A stretch of 56,750 nucleotides of DNA, filler included, from Jimgerdemannia flammicorona (taxonomy: Eukaryota): assembly GCA_003990765.1 (NCBI GenBank). It is 3 parts of 3 records of this genome, joined end to end, with 100 filler letters (N's around TTAATTAATTAA, not from the genome) between each part and the next. Parts side by side here need not be neighbours in the genome. Positions count along the whole stretch, not along the records: positions 18,955 to 37,804 come from RBNJ01002090.1; positions 37,905 to 56,750 come from RBNJ01002091.1; 1 more part is not named here. One strand, 5' to 3'. Both the position numbers and the translations under genes were made by a program. The notes beneath the pieces were generated by a model. That model had not been told where the DNA came from, searched no databases, and saw only the letters and a list, made by a program, of their open reading frames with translations. Below, one piece after another: positions 33,501 through 46,154 of this stretch (the stretch's first letter is position 1; each line of letters opens with the position of its first letter).

Positions 33501-35149
33501 TTGGTATCTACCTCGATTTGGTTGTTGCACGAGAGTGAGAAATGTCGAGTGCTTTTTGGCGATTTGTTCGAGTTCAAAGTGTGTGTAATATTTACTCCCG
33601 GTGCTACGTGCGCTCCCTCCATCCACGGTGTCATGTGCACTTCCTCCATCCACGACGTCGTTTGCGCTCACTCCATCCATGGTGTCGTGCGCACTCCCTT
33701 CATCCTCGATGTTGCGTGCGCTTCCTCCATCCACGGTGTTGTGTGCGCTCTCTCCATCTACAATGTTGCGTGCGCTCCATCCATCCACCGTGTTGTGTGC
33801 GCTCTCTTCATCCCCGATGTTGCGTGAGTTTCCACCATCCATGGAGTTGTGTGCGCACCCTCCATCCAAAGTGTTATTTGAGTTCCCGTCAACCCATTTG
33901 GAGTTACTTTTGCTGCGATTTTCAGCTTCCAGCTCTTCCTGATAAGTGACCCTTCTTTTCCTTATAAACAACTGCATCGGACCTGAAAATGGCATAGGTT
34001 CAATTGCAAGTGCTCCTAAAATCTGACGTTCCATATCTATATTTGGTGGCAAGATGAAAGGAATTCGGACTAAATCAGCTGCACACTCTAACAACTGATG
34101 GTAGACTTCAAGAGAACTAGGGCGCTTATTGGGGTCGATTTGCCAGCAGCTCCGGATGATATCGTTGAACCTTTTTGGCGCACCGTAGATCAACTCCTCT
34201 CGAAGGCCATTTGGATTGTCGACGAAGTTCTTTGAAATGATACCTCGTGGTGGAACGCCGACGATCAATTGCCACAACAGGGTTCCCAAGCAGTAGACAT
34301 CCGATTTCATCGTATATTCTTTTTTCTCAAAGCTCTCTGGAGGGAAATACGCCTTTCGACCATATAAGCCTTTCAAGGAATATGCATCTTCTACAGCTTG
34401 ACTAAGGCCGACATCGATTAAGAATACGGCATGATACTTGTGGAATACTACATTCCCCGGATGGAGATCCCGATGGTAGTAATCCATATCGTGAAGACTG
34501 GCTAAGCGGCTTGCAAGTTTTATGGCATATGTGAAAGCTGTATACCAATCACCATCTTGTTCGCACGGCTGCTTTTCAAGAGTACCTATGTCAGCAAATT
34601 GCATAATCATCAGATACTCTTTGGTTTCAGGGTGCTGTGATATAGCAAATATAGCTATTGTAGGGACATCGTCGATGTCCTTTCCACAGTAGCTCAAATA
34701 GATGTTCAGCACTAACTGTATTGGTGGAATAAAAATATCGCTAATTGATATTATGTGAAAAATACTGGATATATATACGTATCACACAATCAGAAACGTA
34801 CCTCTTTCGACATTGATTTGTTCAATTCTTTAGCAGCCACCTTGTAATATCCTGACATCATAAAAATGTTTGCACAGTAAACTTTGGCAAACCCTCCTTG
34901 TGCAAGTGGTTGCAAATCTTTGAGATTATCAGGCGGAATCCAGACAAGGTATGGCTCTAGCTGCGGCAATGCCAAATTGTCAAGACAGGTACGGAGTTCT
35001 TGATCCCAAATGAAATTGGAAAAGTGTCTCTTCCAGGCCAAGATTTCATTTTGGCGGTCGATGTCCAGGAGATGAAAGGGCTTGAGTTTTTCTAGTAGAT
35101 CCTGTGGGCGCTGTTTGTGCTGTTGGCTGGTTGCGTCGAACATGGTCAT
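30565..35149 (-). CDS. Multi-exon protein kinase (TKL-like) with C-terminal RI/NLRC3-like leucine-rich repeats
   Basis: Exon 1 35149-34802 (LAQGGFAKVY, VAAKEL). GT-AG intron. Exon 2 from 34715 (HRDLHPGN, LIDVGLS, YFPPE, SDVYCLG, CWQIDPNKRP). Then a few short exons (boundaries uncertain), 13 exons of 84 nt encoding xNxIGxxGAxALAESLKQNxTLTxLNLx, one 72-nt exon, and a terminal exon …SLKSFKLL* (stop 30565-30567). No in-frame stops in the LRR exons. Confidence 0.85.
30709..33050 (-). repeat. Tandem ~170-177-bp exon+intron units, one LRR per exon
   Basis: Example exons 31925-32008 and 32967-33050 (84 nt, phase 1). Introns share sequence (CTTCATTCCATC on +; TTTAAAG acceptors; GTATGT donors). Confidence 0.9.
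33597..33866 (-). repeat. Coding 27-nt (9-aa) tandem repeat x10 between kinase and LRRs
   Basis: DGGCAHNSM DGGNSRNIG DEESAHNTV DGWSARNIV DGESAHNTV DGGSARNIE DEGSAHDTM DGVSANDVV DGGSAHDTV DGGSARSTG. Confidence 0.88.
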
Positions 35150-36169
35150 GGAAATGGTTCTTCAAATAACTATGAGGCTGAGTAATAATTATGATTAAAT
35201 CACATGCCCGTTCTACCAATCCCGTCATTCAATCTGTCTTGCCTATATCGCATTTTACCATTCCAGCACAACCATCCTGAGTCTGAAAATATGGTAGTCC
35301 GTTTTTGCTCTTAGCTCTTCTGATCCACCTTGACACGCTTGTTCAAATTGCCATATGTATTTGACCCACCCAAGCCCCCAGTTCTCGGCCTAAGCTGCTG
35401 GAGATTGCCAGACACCATTAACAAGCTTCCCCGTTCCTACTGACGACCGCCATCTCCATTGCTTGAAGGGAGGTCCATCATCTACGACCGTGTATTGTGT
35501 CTGCTGGGAATCCGTAAGTGTAGTTAAAGGGGTTTGGGAGACCTTATTCTCGATTTTGACGGCGACTTGGACCGGTCCTCCTCGCGCGACATTAACTTCC
35601 TCGATGATCTCGTCGTCCTCTCCTCCTTCTATATACCCCCTGGCCCTGCCGATGCAATCTATATTTGCAAGCCTAGACCGCCTCCGACACGGATTCGAAC
35701 ACAGACCAGACCCTTCCCTCAACCCCGGCGTCGCATAACTGCTCCCAATACGGTATTCCGTCCAAGTTGTGCTTTCGTCTGACGCACGCGTCATTCTCCA
35801 ATAGCCACAACCAATAGTATCAAGACACGTCCCCGCTCTCACCTTCGATGCTTTTATTTCCCCAGCCTGCAGCCTGGTGTGATCCGATACAGATGTTCAA
35901 CTCAGATGCACCGGCGACCTCGCGTCATCGCAAGTTCCCGTATGATGATGATGTGCTGGAATCGGAGGAAGAGTTAGATAGAAGGGGAGAGGAAGAAATG
36001 ATTGTGCTGACGACATCGATTCCCGGTTTTTTGAGGCCCGGAAGAATGTTCCGTGGAGCCAGAACCTCATAAGCATGCTGGCTAGGGTGAGAGAGAGGAG
36101 AGGCGGATGGAGGAGTTAGAGTGAGTGGAGGGAGGGAGGGCAGGAAGGAAAGGAGGTTAAGGTGATATG

Positions 36170-37804
36170 TATTGAGTGATATAGAATATGATCTCATGTC
36201 TATAATATTTTTATATATGTTCTATGTTATTTAATTATATATATATGATAATCTCTGAGGTTAATTACTATTATGGTATCATCAGTCTGATAGAGGTACT
36301 TAGTATTTTTACTACTAATGATACAGTTCTTATATATATAAGACAATCTTTAAGGTTAACTACTTCAATAGTATTATTAGTTTGATAGAGACACTTAGTG
36401 GTTTTAATACTAATGATATAGTTCTTATATATTAGAAAGGTAATAGATTATATTGACTTATATAGTAGTTTAGAAGTTGAGAGATTATAGATATTATATA
36501 GTATATATCTCATAAAGATATATAATAGATAAAAAAAAATTCAAAATATATTATTATTTAAAGAATAAATAATTATATTTTTAAAATAAAATATATAGTA
36601 GTTATAATAAATTATAATAATTTTCATTTATATAAAATATATACAGAATTATTATTTCTCTCTTACTCTTAATAAATATACTTACTTTTTTAAATAAATT
36701 GAATTATATTGAGATTTAATTTTATTTAAAATTTAAAATCTATCTTTAGAATATAATAATCTATCTAAAATATATCTAAATTTTTATTTTTATTATATAA
36801 AATTTAAGTTAAATTTTGTTTAATTTTTATATATTTTAATTGAGTTATTAAATAGATATTAATATATATAAATTTAAATTGATATTAAATTTACTTTGAA
36901 TTAATTTATTTAAAAGCTATTTCTATTTTAATCTCAACTTTATTAACAAACTAATAATAGATAGAAAAATAGGAAAAATATTATTGTTATTTGAAATATC
37001 TTCTTTAGAAATAAGATTTTTACTTTATAAATTAGTATCCATCTATCTATCTATAAAATCTTATAATCTAAATTAGTAGTTAGTTGTATAAAATCTTATA
37101 ATCTAAATTATAGTTAGTTGCATAAAACCTTATAATCTAATTGAAATATTTGAGTAATCTAATTGAATATTTGATTCAAAGTAGAGATTAAAAATATATC
37201 TCATTCTTAATCTCACTGTTCAAGATTAGAATAGCTTCTAAAAAGTACCTCATTTTCAATCTCATTGCCTAAGATTGAAAAGCTTCTAATAAAGCTTATT
37301 ATTGTCAACCTCTTGTCCATAATTGAATAGTTTTTAAAAAAATACATTATTCTCAATCTTCTTTTCCAAAAAGCTCTGTAAAAGGTAAAATTATATAACT
37401 TAGCCACAAATATGAACCTATCTCTTAAAAGTTTAAACAATTGTATACTAAAATTACTTATATTGACATAGTCTAGACTATAATCTATTTAGGTCAAGTT
37501 GCAAAACTTGCACCTATCCAGAGAAACTATATATATTATTCTCAGCAATTCTCTTCAGTTCTGTATCTATATGATTTCTACTTGAGCTTAACAATATAAC
37601 TTCAATTATTTCTATTCTGCTAATAATAATAATAACTCTCTTACAACTTATAAACATACTCTCTATACTTCTATATATATATAATTTTATAGTCTTCATT
37701 ATAATATTAAAATATATTATATGAAATTTATATGAATATATTCTTAATAGTATAATAATTATTACAAATTATATTAGCTTAAATATTATGTTTTTTTTTT
37801 TTTT
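36170..37804. other. Extremely AT-rich, CpG-free region, probably a terminally decayed transposon relic, with short direct repeats
   Basis: Abrupt composition change at ~36170. ~35-bp unit ATAAAATCTTATAATCTAAATT… x3 at ~37050-37142, and a duplicated ~50-mer at ~36289 and ~36385. Confidence 0.55.
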
Positions 37805-37904
37805 NNNNNNNNNNNNNNNNNNNNNNNNNNNNNNNNNNNNNNNNNNNNTTAATTAATTAANNNNNNNNNNNNNNNNNNNNNNNNNNNNNNNNNNNNNNNN
37901 NNNN
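37805..37904. other. Artificial contig linker
   Basis: N44-TTAATTAATTAA-N44. Confidence 0.97.
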
Positions 37905-38171
37905 GGTTGTTGTTTGTTTTGGTTCTCTGTTTCGACGCGTCTTGGTGCTCGGTATATATGCATTTGGTCCTGATTGGTAAGATTCCGTTTGTGTGAATCT
38001 TGTATTCCGTGACTTCGTATTGACTCAGCTTTGTGCGCTGTGACTTCGGTTTGACTCAGCTTTGTGATCAGGCAGGTGATTTCCAGATTTGTTCGGAGGT
38101 CGCGTGTGATTTCAGTGGCTTGTCCAGAGGGTGACGTGTGATTTCGGTGGCTTGGAGGTTGTGCGCTTACA
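37905..38171 (-). mobile_element. End of a younger LTR copy (same family as the 40072-42031 solo LTR), cut by the contig start
   Basis: Reverse complement of 40072-~40340. Ends …GCGCTTACA, retains CpGs, and is inserted in the Gypsy RT. Confidence 0.85.
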
Positions 38172-38982
38172 AAACTTATACTTTTTGGACTTAATGTAAA
38201 GGCCATGCTCCTTGAGCTTCTTGAGAGCCAGCTGTATGTGGTTGATATGTTCCTGTATAGTATTGCTGAAGATGATCACATCATCAATATAGACAAAAAG
38301 TCATTTTCCAATCTCATTACTGAAGACTCTGTTCATTATTTACTAAAAACTTGCTGGGACATTACACATTTTAAATGGCATTTACAGATAGACATAGGTG
38401 ACATCAGGTGTGATAAAGGCTGATTTCTCACTGGTATCTTGAGTGAGACTAATCTGATGGAAGTCTAAGAACAGATCTAAGGTGGTGTAGTATTTGGCTT
38501 CACTTTCAAGGATGGTAAGGATTTCTTGAATATTTGGCAAGGACTGCCTATCCTTCTTGGTAATTATATTGAGCTTCCTGTAATCAATGTAGAGTCTTGG
38601 GGCAAACTCTCTAGACTTGCTTCCTTTCTTTGGAGCAAGGACAATAAGTGAAGCCCAGGGGCTGATAGCTTGCTTGATGATTCCAGCTTCTTCTATTTTC
38701 TTGAGTTCTACTTGCAGCCATTCTCTGTAGGCAGGTGATATAGATCTGGCTTTCTGGTAGATGGGCTTGGTATTGCCAGTATCAACTTCATAGTAGTACT
38801 TAGGTTCTTGATTGTGGATATCCCTGAAGTCTGTAGCAAGTACTCCTTCATTCTGATATAAGATCTTGAAAATTTGTTCTTCTAGGGGAAAGTTTTCTCC
38901 AATGGTATATGTGTGCTTGTTCTGGTCCTTGTCTTTCTTGTACTCAAGTTTGGTAATCTTGGTAATAGTATAGACTTCTATT

Positions 38983-39393
38983 CCAGTAGATCCAAAGCCT
39001 TATTCTCCTCTCTTTATCTTGATAAGTTTAATGGCTTCAGTGATCTTGGGCTTCTTGACTTTATGAATCAGTATCTGGCCAATTCTGTTATATTTTTTTA
39101 TTTCAAATGGAGTAGTGGGGTTGTGATTCCTGATTATGAGGAAGATCTTACCAGTATAATTAGGGTCAATTACTCCTCCTTCAACTGAGATTTTACTTTT
39201 GGCCAGACTACTCCTAGTCTTGATAATTCTGGTATAGTTCTCTGGCAACTTGACTCCAATTCCAGTACCAAGTAGAGTGGTGGTCTGTAGTTTGAGAATA
39301 GCATCTTGAATGCTGGCAAGGTCTATTTCTATAACTCCTTCAGTCTTGTATTCTGGGATCTTGGCTTTGGGATGAAACTTCTTGACCTTAAAA
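38983..39393 (-). pseudogene. dUTPase domain within the Gypsy pol
   Basis: FKVKKFHPKAKIP…IDL…GTGIGVKLPENY…IKTRSSLA…GGVIDPNYTG…RIGQILI…RGE*GFGSTG. The five trimeric dUTPase motifs are recognisable. Confidence 0.9.
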
Positions 39394-40071
39394 GTGATAT
39401 CTGGTTCTTATTCCTCCTCATCATCACTATCAGCTTAAAGCTCTAGAGGCTGGTCATCTTCTTCAGCTTTCCTCTTTACTTCAGCAGCTTCTTGCTCATA
39501 CTTTTGTTAACAGATTTCCTAACTTCACTAGGTGTTCAGAGCAGTACATCCTGGTACCATAGGGGCATCTTTCTTGAGAAGCATAGCTATTGATGATCTT
39601 GTTGTACTACTGCTCATCTGTGAGCTTGAGTGTCTTGCTCTTATTCTTATATACTAAGTGTATGAAGACTTCTATGTCTTCTTCACCTCCTTCCTCCATG
39701 TCTGATAGTACTCCTTTATAGATATTGATAGAGACTTGTACCTTTCTTCCTCTATAGTTGATTTGCATATTCTGGATATTGAGGTCAATGATAGTCTTGG
39801 CCTTGTGAAGCCATTGGTTGCTAATGAGGATATCATAGTTGGTGGCACTTATAACAATTACATCTACTGGAATGGTAGCTCTTCCTATCTTAATGAAGAC
39901 TTCTTAGATCTTACCTAGGAAGATAGCTTATATATTATTTGCTGTAATATAGACTATTTTGATAGACTCTTCAATGAGGCAGTCAATTATCTTTTTGCTC
40001 ATAAGACATCCTTTAGCACCAGTATCAATGATAGTATCAAAGATACAATCTTCAATCTGACATAGAGTATA

Positions 40072-42031
40072 TGTAAGTACACAACCTCCAAGCCACTGAA
40101 ATCATATGTCACCCTTTGAACAAGCCACCAAAATCACATGTAACCTCTGAACAAATCTGGAAATCACCTGTACAATTATGAAGCTGAGTCAAACTGAAGT
40201 CACAGCACATAAAGCTGAGTTAATACAAAGTCATAAAACACAAGATTTACACAAACAGAATCTTACCAATCAGGACCAAATATATATATACTAAGTACTG
40301 AGATATGTTGAAACAGAGAACCAAACAAACAACAAACTACAACTTCTGAATATACACAAACATGACTACTGAGATCTACAACCACATCTGTGCTGACATT
40401 TGGAATGCCATTATCAATTGAGCCACACCCCCTCTACCCCTCATAAATATCCATAGCCTAGCACCCCTCTACTTCATGGAAGCCTGATGGAATACCCTGA
40501 ACATACTTAGTGAAGTTTACCAGATCAGACAAATCTCAAGCTACTATCAGATTAGTTGCCTTCTGGAAGATATGGTTGAACACCACCATGATATAGACAT
40601 TACCCAGATGTCTCAACACCAGAAGCTCATCACCTGCAAACATCAAGAACTCTTCTATGAGTACAGTACCTTTATTCCCTGTCTCCAAGTTACCACTAGT
40701 AAAATAGTTGCTACTCTATCCTATGGCCAAATCAACAACATGATATAAGAACTCAACCATAAGTACCTTAAGTATGTCCAGACCACAGACAGAACCTTCC
40801 TGCACCCTAATGACTACATCTTGCAAATGCCCCAAGTTGGATATACCATAAAGGATGTCTATGATATAATCCAGTTCAATGAAGACAAAGTAGAAGGTAA
40901 TGATTTCTCCAACACTGACATGACCTCCAGCCAAGAATCTCTGCCAACTCTGATCACACCACTAACCTTGCCAATGAACTTACAATAGTTCATAACCACA
41001 TATGAGACTTATTAGGATAATGACTATTGGCATGAATACCAACCCACATTCACCCCCAATTACTTCAACTACAATAAAGAGACCAGAGAACACAATCTGT
41101 ATCTCCAGACAACCCTCAAGATTGAACCAACTACTCCACTACCCAAGTATAAGTAACATGAACTACAGCCACCAGCTTACTACAACTCTGTAACTCATAG
41201 CACTATAACTTATAAAAGATATATAGACAGCAAATCTGATGAAAGCAAAGGTGATGCATCCCTCCTTCGCCCACCAATACCTTATCCAGCATACAAGACA
41301 AATGATGCTATTCTGTGGGACAGTGATGAAGTTTCAATGTATTATTACTTCAGCAAACAAGGAGAAGTAATCTGCAAACTACTCTTCCTAGATGACTACT
41401 TCATCAGAGATGATGTCATCAATAGTAATATTATCAAAGACTACTCAGATAGTATCTAAACCTATAAATAGCTTAGAAGTTATAGTATAGTTAGATTAGC
41501 CTTATATGATATGACTGTAAACTAACTCAGCAGTCAGACAATCTCTTGACATATCAGATCACACTTGTATTACATAACTGCATTCTGACTCAACAAGGTA
41601 CTAAGTGCTACATCCATATCTAGCATAGTCCAGATAGCCCCTCACTAGTATAAATACCCCCTCTCCCAGACCTCAGAATCTCAGACTAAAATAGACTTGA
41701 ATACTTAAATAATTCAAATACAACTCCTGAACACTTCTCTACAATATCCCTTTACACAACTACTCCTAGTATAGTAATATCATGAATAGCGAATAAACCT
41801 ATTTAATAACCCACAAACCACTCTTAAGTAAATCTGTTCCTCATTAGGTCCCACTCTTAGCCCCATTATGAAATTTCCTAATTGAGTATGTCTGCAGTAA
41901 TATACCAATTCAACTAAGCTGGCCTTAGTTTCCTGAACTTTCTGAAATACAAAAAATCCTGAATATCCAGAACTTCCAGAAAACCCTTCCAGAACTACAT
42001 AATGGTTACTCTAAAAAGCAACTCTCTTACA
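40072..42031 (+). mobile_element. Solo LTR (~1.96 kb) inserted between gag and protease of the Gypsy element
   Basis: TGTAAG…CTTACA termini. 5-bp TSD GTATA (40067-40071, 42032-42036). TATAAATACCCC at ~41649 and AATAAA at ~41792. Confidence 0.85.
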
Positions 42032-45000
42032 GTATAGACTGATATCTTATGCTGGTCTTCAGATTCTTTACCTAAGTCTTCTTGATCATCTTCTTAAACA
42101 TTGTGAGCTTCTATGATCTTATACTCTTGGTTCTTGACAGTGGTTACAAGTTCTACTCTCAACTGCTGTCTGAAGGCAGAGACTTCAGCTAGTTGTCCAA
42201 AAGTAGCATTGACCTTCTATTCCTTGAGATCCTTATAGATATCATACTGGTAAATCTTAGTCTTATATAGCTTCTGTTCTTTCTTGCTTTCACTTTCTCC
42301 TAAGACTGGAGTAATATCTTCAATAATTTAGTAAGTAGCTTCATCTAACTCTATGTCTTAATCAATCTTCTTGGCTTTGAATAGTGATAGCTGGGGTCTT
42401 CTTTGGTCTTCTAACTAGCTTACTGTTGCTCTTCTTATCATAGGGCTTGGACTGGGTTCTGATACCTTAAGTAGCAGAGTAGAATTCAGACTCCTCATAG
42501 TATTCTTCATCATCAGTATCACCAATCTCCTTGATGACTACTACATTGATTTATTCTCTAGTTTTGATAGCATTGCTTGGTTGGACTTTGCATCTTATAT
42601 TATGCAACTCTTTGCATAGTGGTCTTCTTCTTCATATCTAAAGTAGATAATATTGTATTCTTCTGTAGCAACTGCAAATCTCTGTACTGGTCTCCTGTTA
42701 GTGCTTCAGACTTCTCTAACAATATTACCAAGATGTGCAGTCATCTTGACAAACTATTTGGTGAGTTCCTCCACTAGATCAGCTTTGGCTACCATGGAAG
42801 TAGGTGGGGATGGTTGTCTATTTATGGCTATAGTAGGTATGATACTGATTGGCTTTTGTAGCTCCATCTTAATGCTAGTTATTTTCTCTATTGAGTGTTC
42901 AGTGGAGTGTCTGGTAGTCTAATATCTCTATGCAAAGACCACTTTCTGGTCAAGGGTTAGAGTAGCTAGAGTAGATCAGATTGTTAAGGTAATTTCAGAG
43001 TGAACTCCTTTAAGAAAGGTTGAATTAGTTATTTATTCCTTGAGGGCATCATCATAGCCAGCCAAGACAATCTAGTGATAGATTTGTGTATAAAATGAGT
43101 TGGGATCTTCACTGAGTCCCTAGCAGATAGTGTTGAGTTAATCCTTGAGAGCTTGCTTGATCTCTTCAGTATAGTATGTAGTTCTGAGAAAGTTCTTCAT
43201 ATTGGCCAGTTTGGCTACACTAGTATCAGCAATGGTGGCTGTATTGAACTTATCTCTAGTAGGTCCTCTGAGACTAACTGATAGAAGAGCCAATTATGCA
43301 TCTACAGTGAGGACTTATATAGTGGCAAATTGTTCAAAGTTTTTAATGAAGGTCAGAATTAACTCTTTAGTAGTATATTTATAGAATGTGGAGAGATGCA
43401 TTTCTATTTTGTCTTGAATCCTTGCAGAGGTAACTCTTGTAGTCAGAGTAGTTATTGTAATGATTGTTCATTTTTCAGCTTAAAAGTGAGGGATTCATCT
43501 TGAATTACCAGCCAATAGATACTAAGTTGTCATGTAGTAGTCACTGAGTCCTTCAAATATATCAGATTCTCTTCAAGGTATATCTTTTAGACTAATCACA
43601 AGTTTGTTATAAGTAAGTTCTTATTGGAGTATCTTCTCAAGGTCTTATAGTTCTCAAACTTCTTATCTTTAAACTGTCTTGTTATCTCTTAGATTGCTTA
43701 TATGGAATTGAGTATAAGTAAACTGGAACTGACTTTATTGCAAAGGAAATAAGAGAGATATTTATACAAAATATAATTCAATAGTTGCTAAGTTATAAAG
43801 CTAAATATATATTTCAATAACCAAATAAAATACTAGAATATAGAAAACTATAGTTATAAGTATAAATTCAAGTGTCTGTACAAATAGTTGTATAAGTTCA
43901 AGATGCTAGTAGATTTCAGTAATAAAGGAAAAGAGTGTTTAAAGATTCAGATATTATAGAAAAAGGATGCTGATAGAATTCAGTTATATAGAAAAAGAAT
44001 ACTAGTAGATTTCGATATTACTAAGAACTTAGAGCAGAATGTTTAGAACCATAGGGACTTCATTTTCATCACTATCAGAGATTAGAATATCTTTGAAGTA
44101 AATGAGGTCCATGAATATTTTGTCCATTTTATGTATATTATATGGGATGATGTTATCGCTAATAATGTCATCATATTTAGTAGCAGTGAGGGCTCTCCAC
44201 TCTATAATATTCTCTTCTACAAAATAAAGAACAAATGTGGAGTCTTGGGGAGATCTAATCTGGATGCTGGGGCCTTGGAATACTGAGATCAATCCTTGCA
44301 GAAATTGATTAGGATTGTCCTTGAGGATAGGATTCTAGAACTCTCCTATCTCATCACTATTGAGAGTAATAGTGAACTGGGCTTCTGTGGCCACTATAGC
44401 CTTCAGTGTATTGATATAGCAGGCTGATAGTTCCTTGAAGTCTGAGATTCTAGTATACTCTAAGTTGGGAATTGACCATGGTGCATACCTAAAGATCTGA
44501 TGAATCTTCTTAGCTGTCTTTATTTTATATGTATCTATAGAAGTAATATTTTGTATTTCTTGAAGACTAGTATAGTAGAGAATTTTATAGTAGAATGTAA
44601 TGTTGAACTACCAGATAGATCACTTAGTAAAAGGAGATACTCAGGAGTATAAGGAGTATCTAAATATAAGGTAGGAGAGAGAAGTGGTACAGACTTCTGA
44701 ATATTGGTTAGGAGAGTATAAGATAATGAGTAACTTTTGGAGAGTGATTGAGGAGTGGCTGGAGATATACTCACCAGAGTAGGTGACAGAAGAGAGGTGG
44801 AGTGATCTCTGAAGGAGGCTGGTGGGGGGGTTGGGTGATGAGTAGTTGATATTAGGATGAGTACTGGTGATTTATAGAATATTGGCTATATATATTTAAG
44901 AAGAATCAATGGTTGATATTGAGAATGAGGGTGGCTAGATAGAAATGGCTGATGACAGACTTGTTGAATGAGTGGTAGAGGGGTGGAAGTACTGGTGGGA

Positions 45001-46154
45001 GATATTGAAGATAACTGGTAGAGATAATCTATAGAAAAAGTAGAGGGAGGATTAGGGTAGCAGGGGGGTTGGCAGTGTTTTGAGAGAATAGTAAGAGAGA
45101 GAGAGAGCTTTCAAGTGGGATTGGGTGAGGGGTTCATTTATATTAGTATATTATAGATAGTTTGATAATAAAGTAGAAGTTCTTGTGACTATAAAAAAAT
45201 AAAAAAATAAAAACCACAAGAATATGAACTCTATAATGATGATAAGAATGAGCTTATATGTAAATTATATAAGATATTATATAGTATCAAATAAGTGGTA
45301 CAATTATAGAATAAAAGAACTGATAAACATCTTTTTAATAATAGATTCATATATTATAAAGTAGATAATTACAAATACATCCAATACTATAATGATGGTA
45401 TAGTATTCATTAGTATCTAGGTTGATGATATAATTATTATTACTGGTAAGAATAGGCTTAATAGAGTTAAAAAAGTCCTATGCTGAGAATTCAAGATGAT
45501 AGATATGGGTGATACATTCTTTCTTTTGAGGATATCTATTATATGTAATAGAAATATATACTCTATATATCTCTTACAAGTAATATATGCTTAAACAATT
45601 CTTGAAAATTTCAGTATAAATGAATGCAAGTCTGTTGATACTCCTATGGATATTTCTGTGAAGTTAAGGAAACCAGACACTACTCTCAAAGATGAGAATA
45701 ATATATCAGCCAAGAATAGTACCAAAGATATACCTTATAAGCAAGTGATTAGTCTCCTTATATATTTTATACTAGGAATAAGGCCTGATATATCATATGG
45801 TATGAATAAGATGACATAGTATTCCTCTTGCTATGATAATTTATATTAGAGTACTATTAAGAGAATATTTAAATATCTTAAGAATATAGTATACTATATA
45901 CTCATATTGAGTGGTGATATCAGATTAAGCAGGAAAAATAACAAGAAAAATAATATTTGGCTATCTGATACATATAATACTAATTGGGCAGATAATTTAG
46001 ATGACTGCTGATCTATGTATAACTAGATACCTCTTTCATATTGGTGAAAATTATAAAGGAGTTATTTTATAGCAAATATATAAGTAGAGTTCTATAGCAA
46101 TATCATTAATATAGATAGAGTATATATTAGATATTATCAATAGTAATAAAAGAA

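Larger units (their letters stand above)
38172..45189 (-). mobile_element. Decayed Ty3/Gypsy LTR retrotransposon, order gag-protease-dUTPase-RT
   Basis: Gag ~42040-43480 with decayed knuckle YFRYEEEDHYAKSC. Protease IIDTGAKG (~40015-40035). dUTPase. RT motifs SPWASLIVL, IDYRKLN, MPF, LFVYIDDVIIF (~38270-38300). Putative 5' LTR 43528-45189 (TGTCATG…TGTGAC). Confidence 0.85.

Noticed and set aside
37905..40340. Inverted ~270-bp repeats around RT-dUTPase-protease, resembling a DIRS-like or TIR element
   Set aside because: The right copy continues as a 1.96-kb solo LTR with its own 5-bp TSD, and the two copies differ greatly in decay. They are separate insertions.
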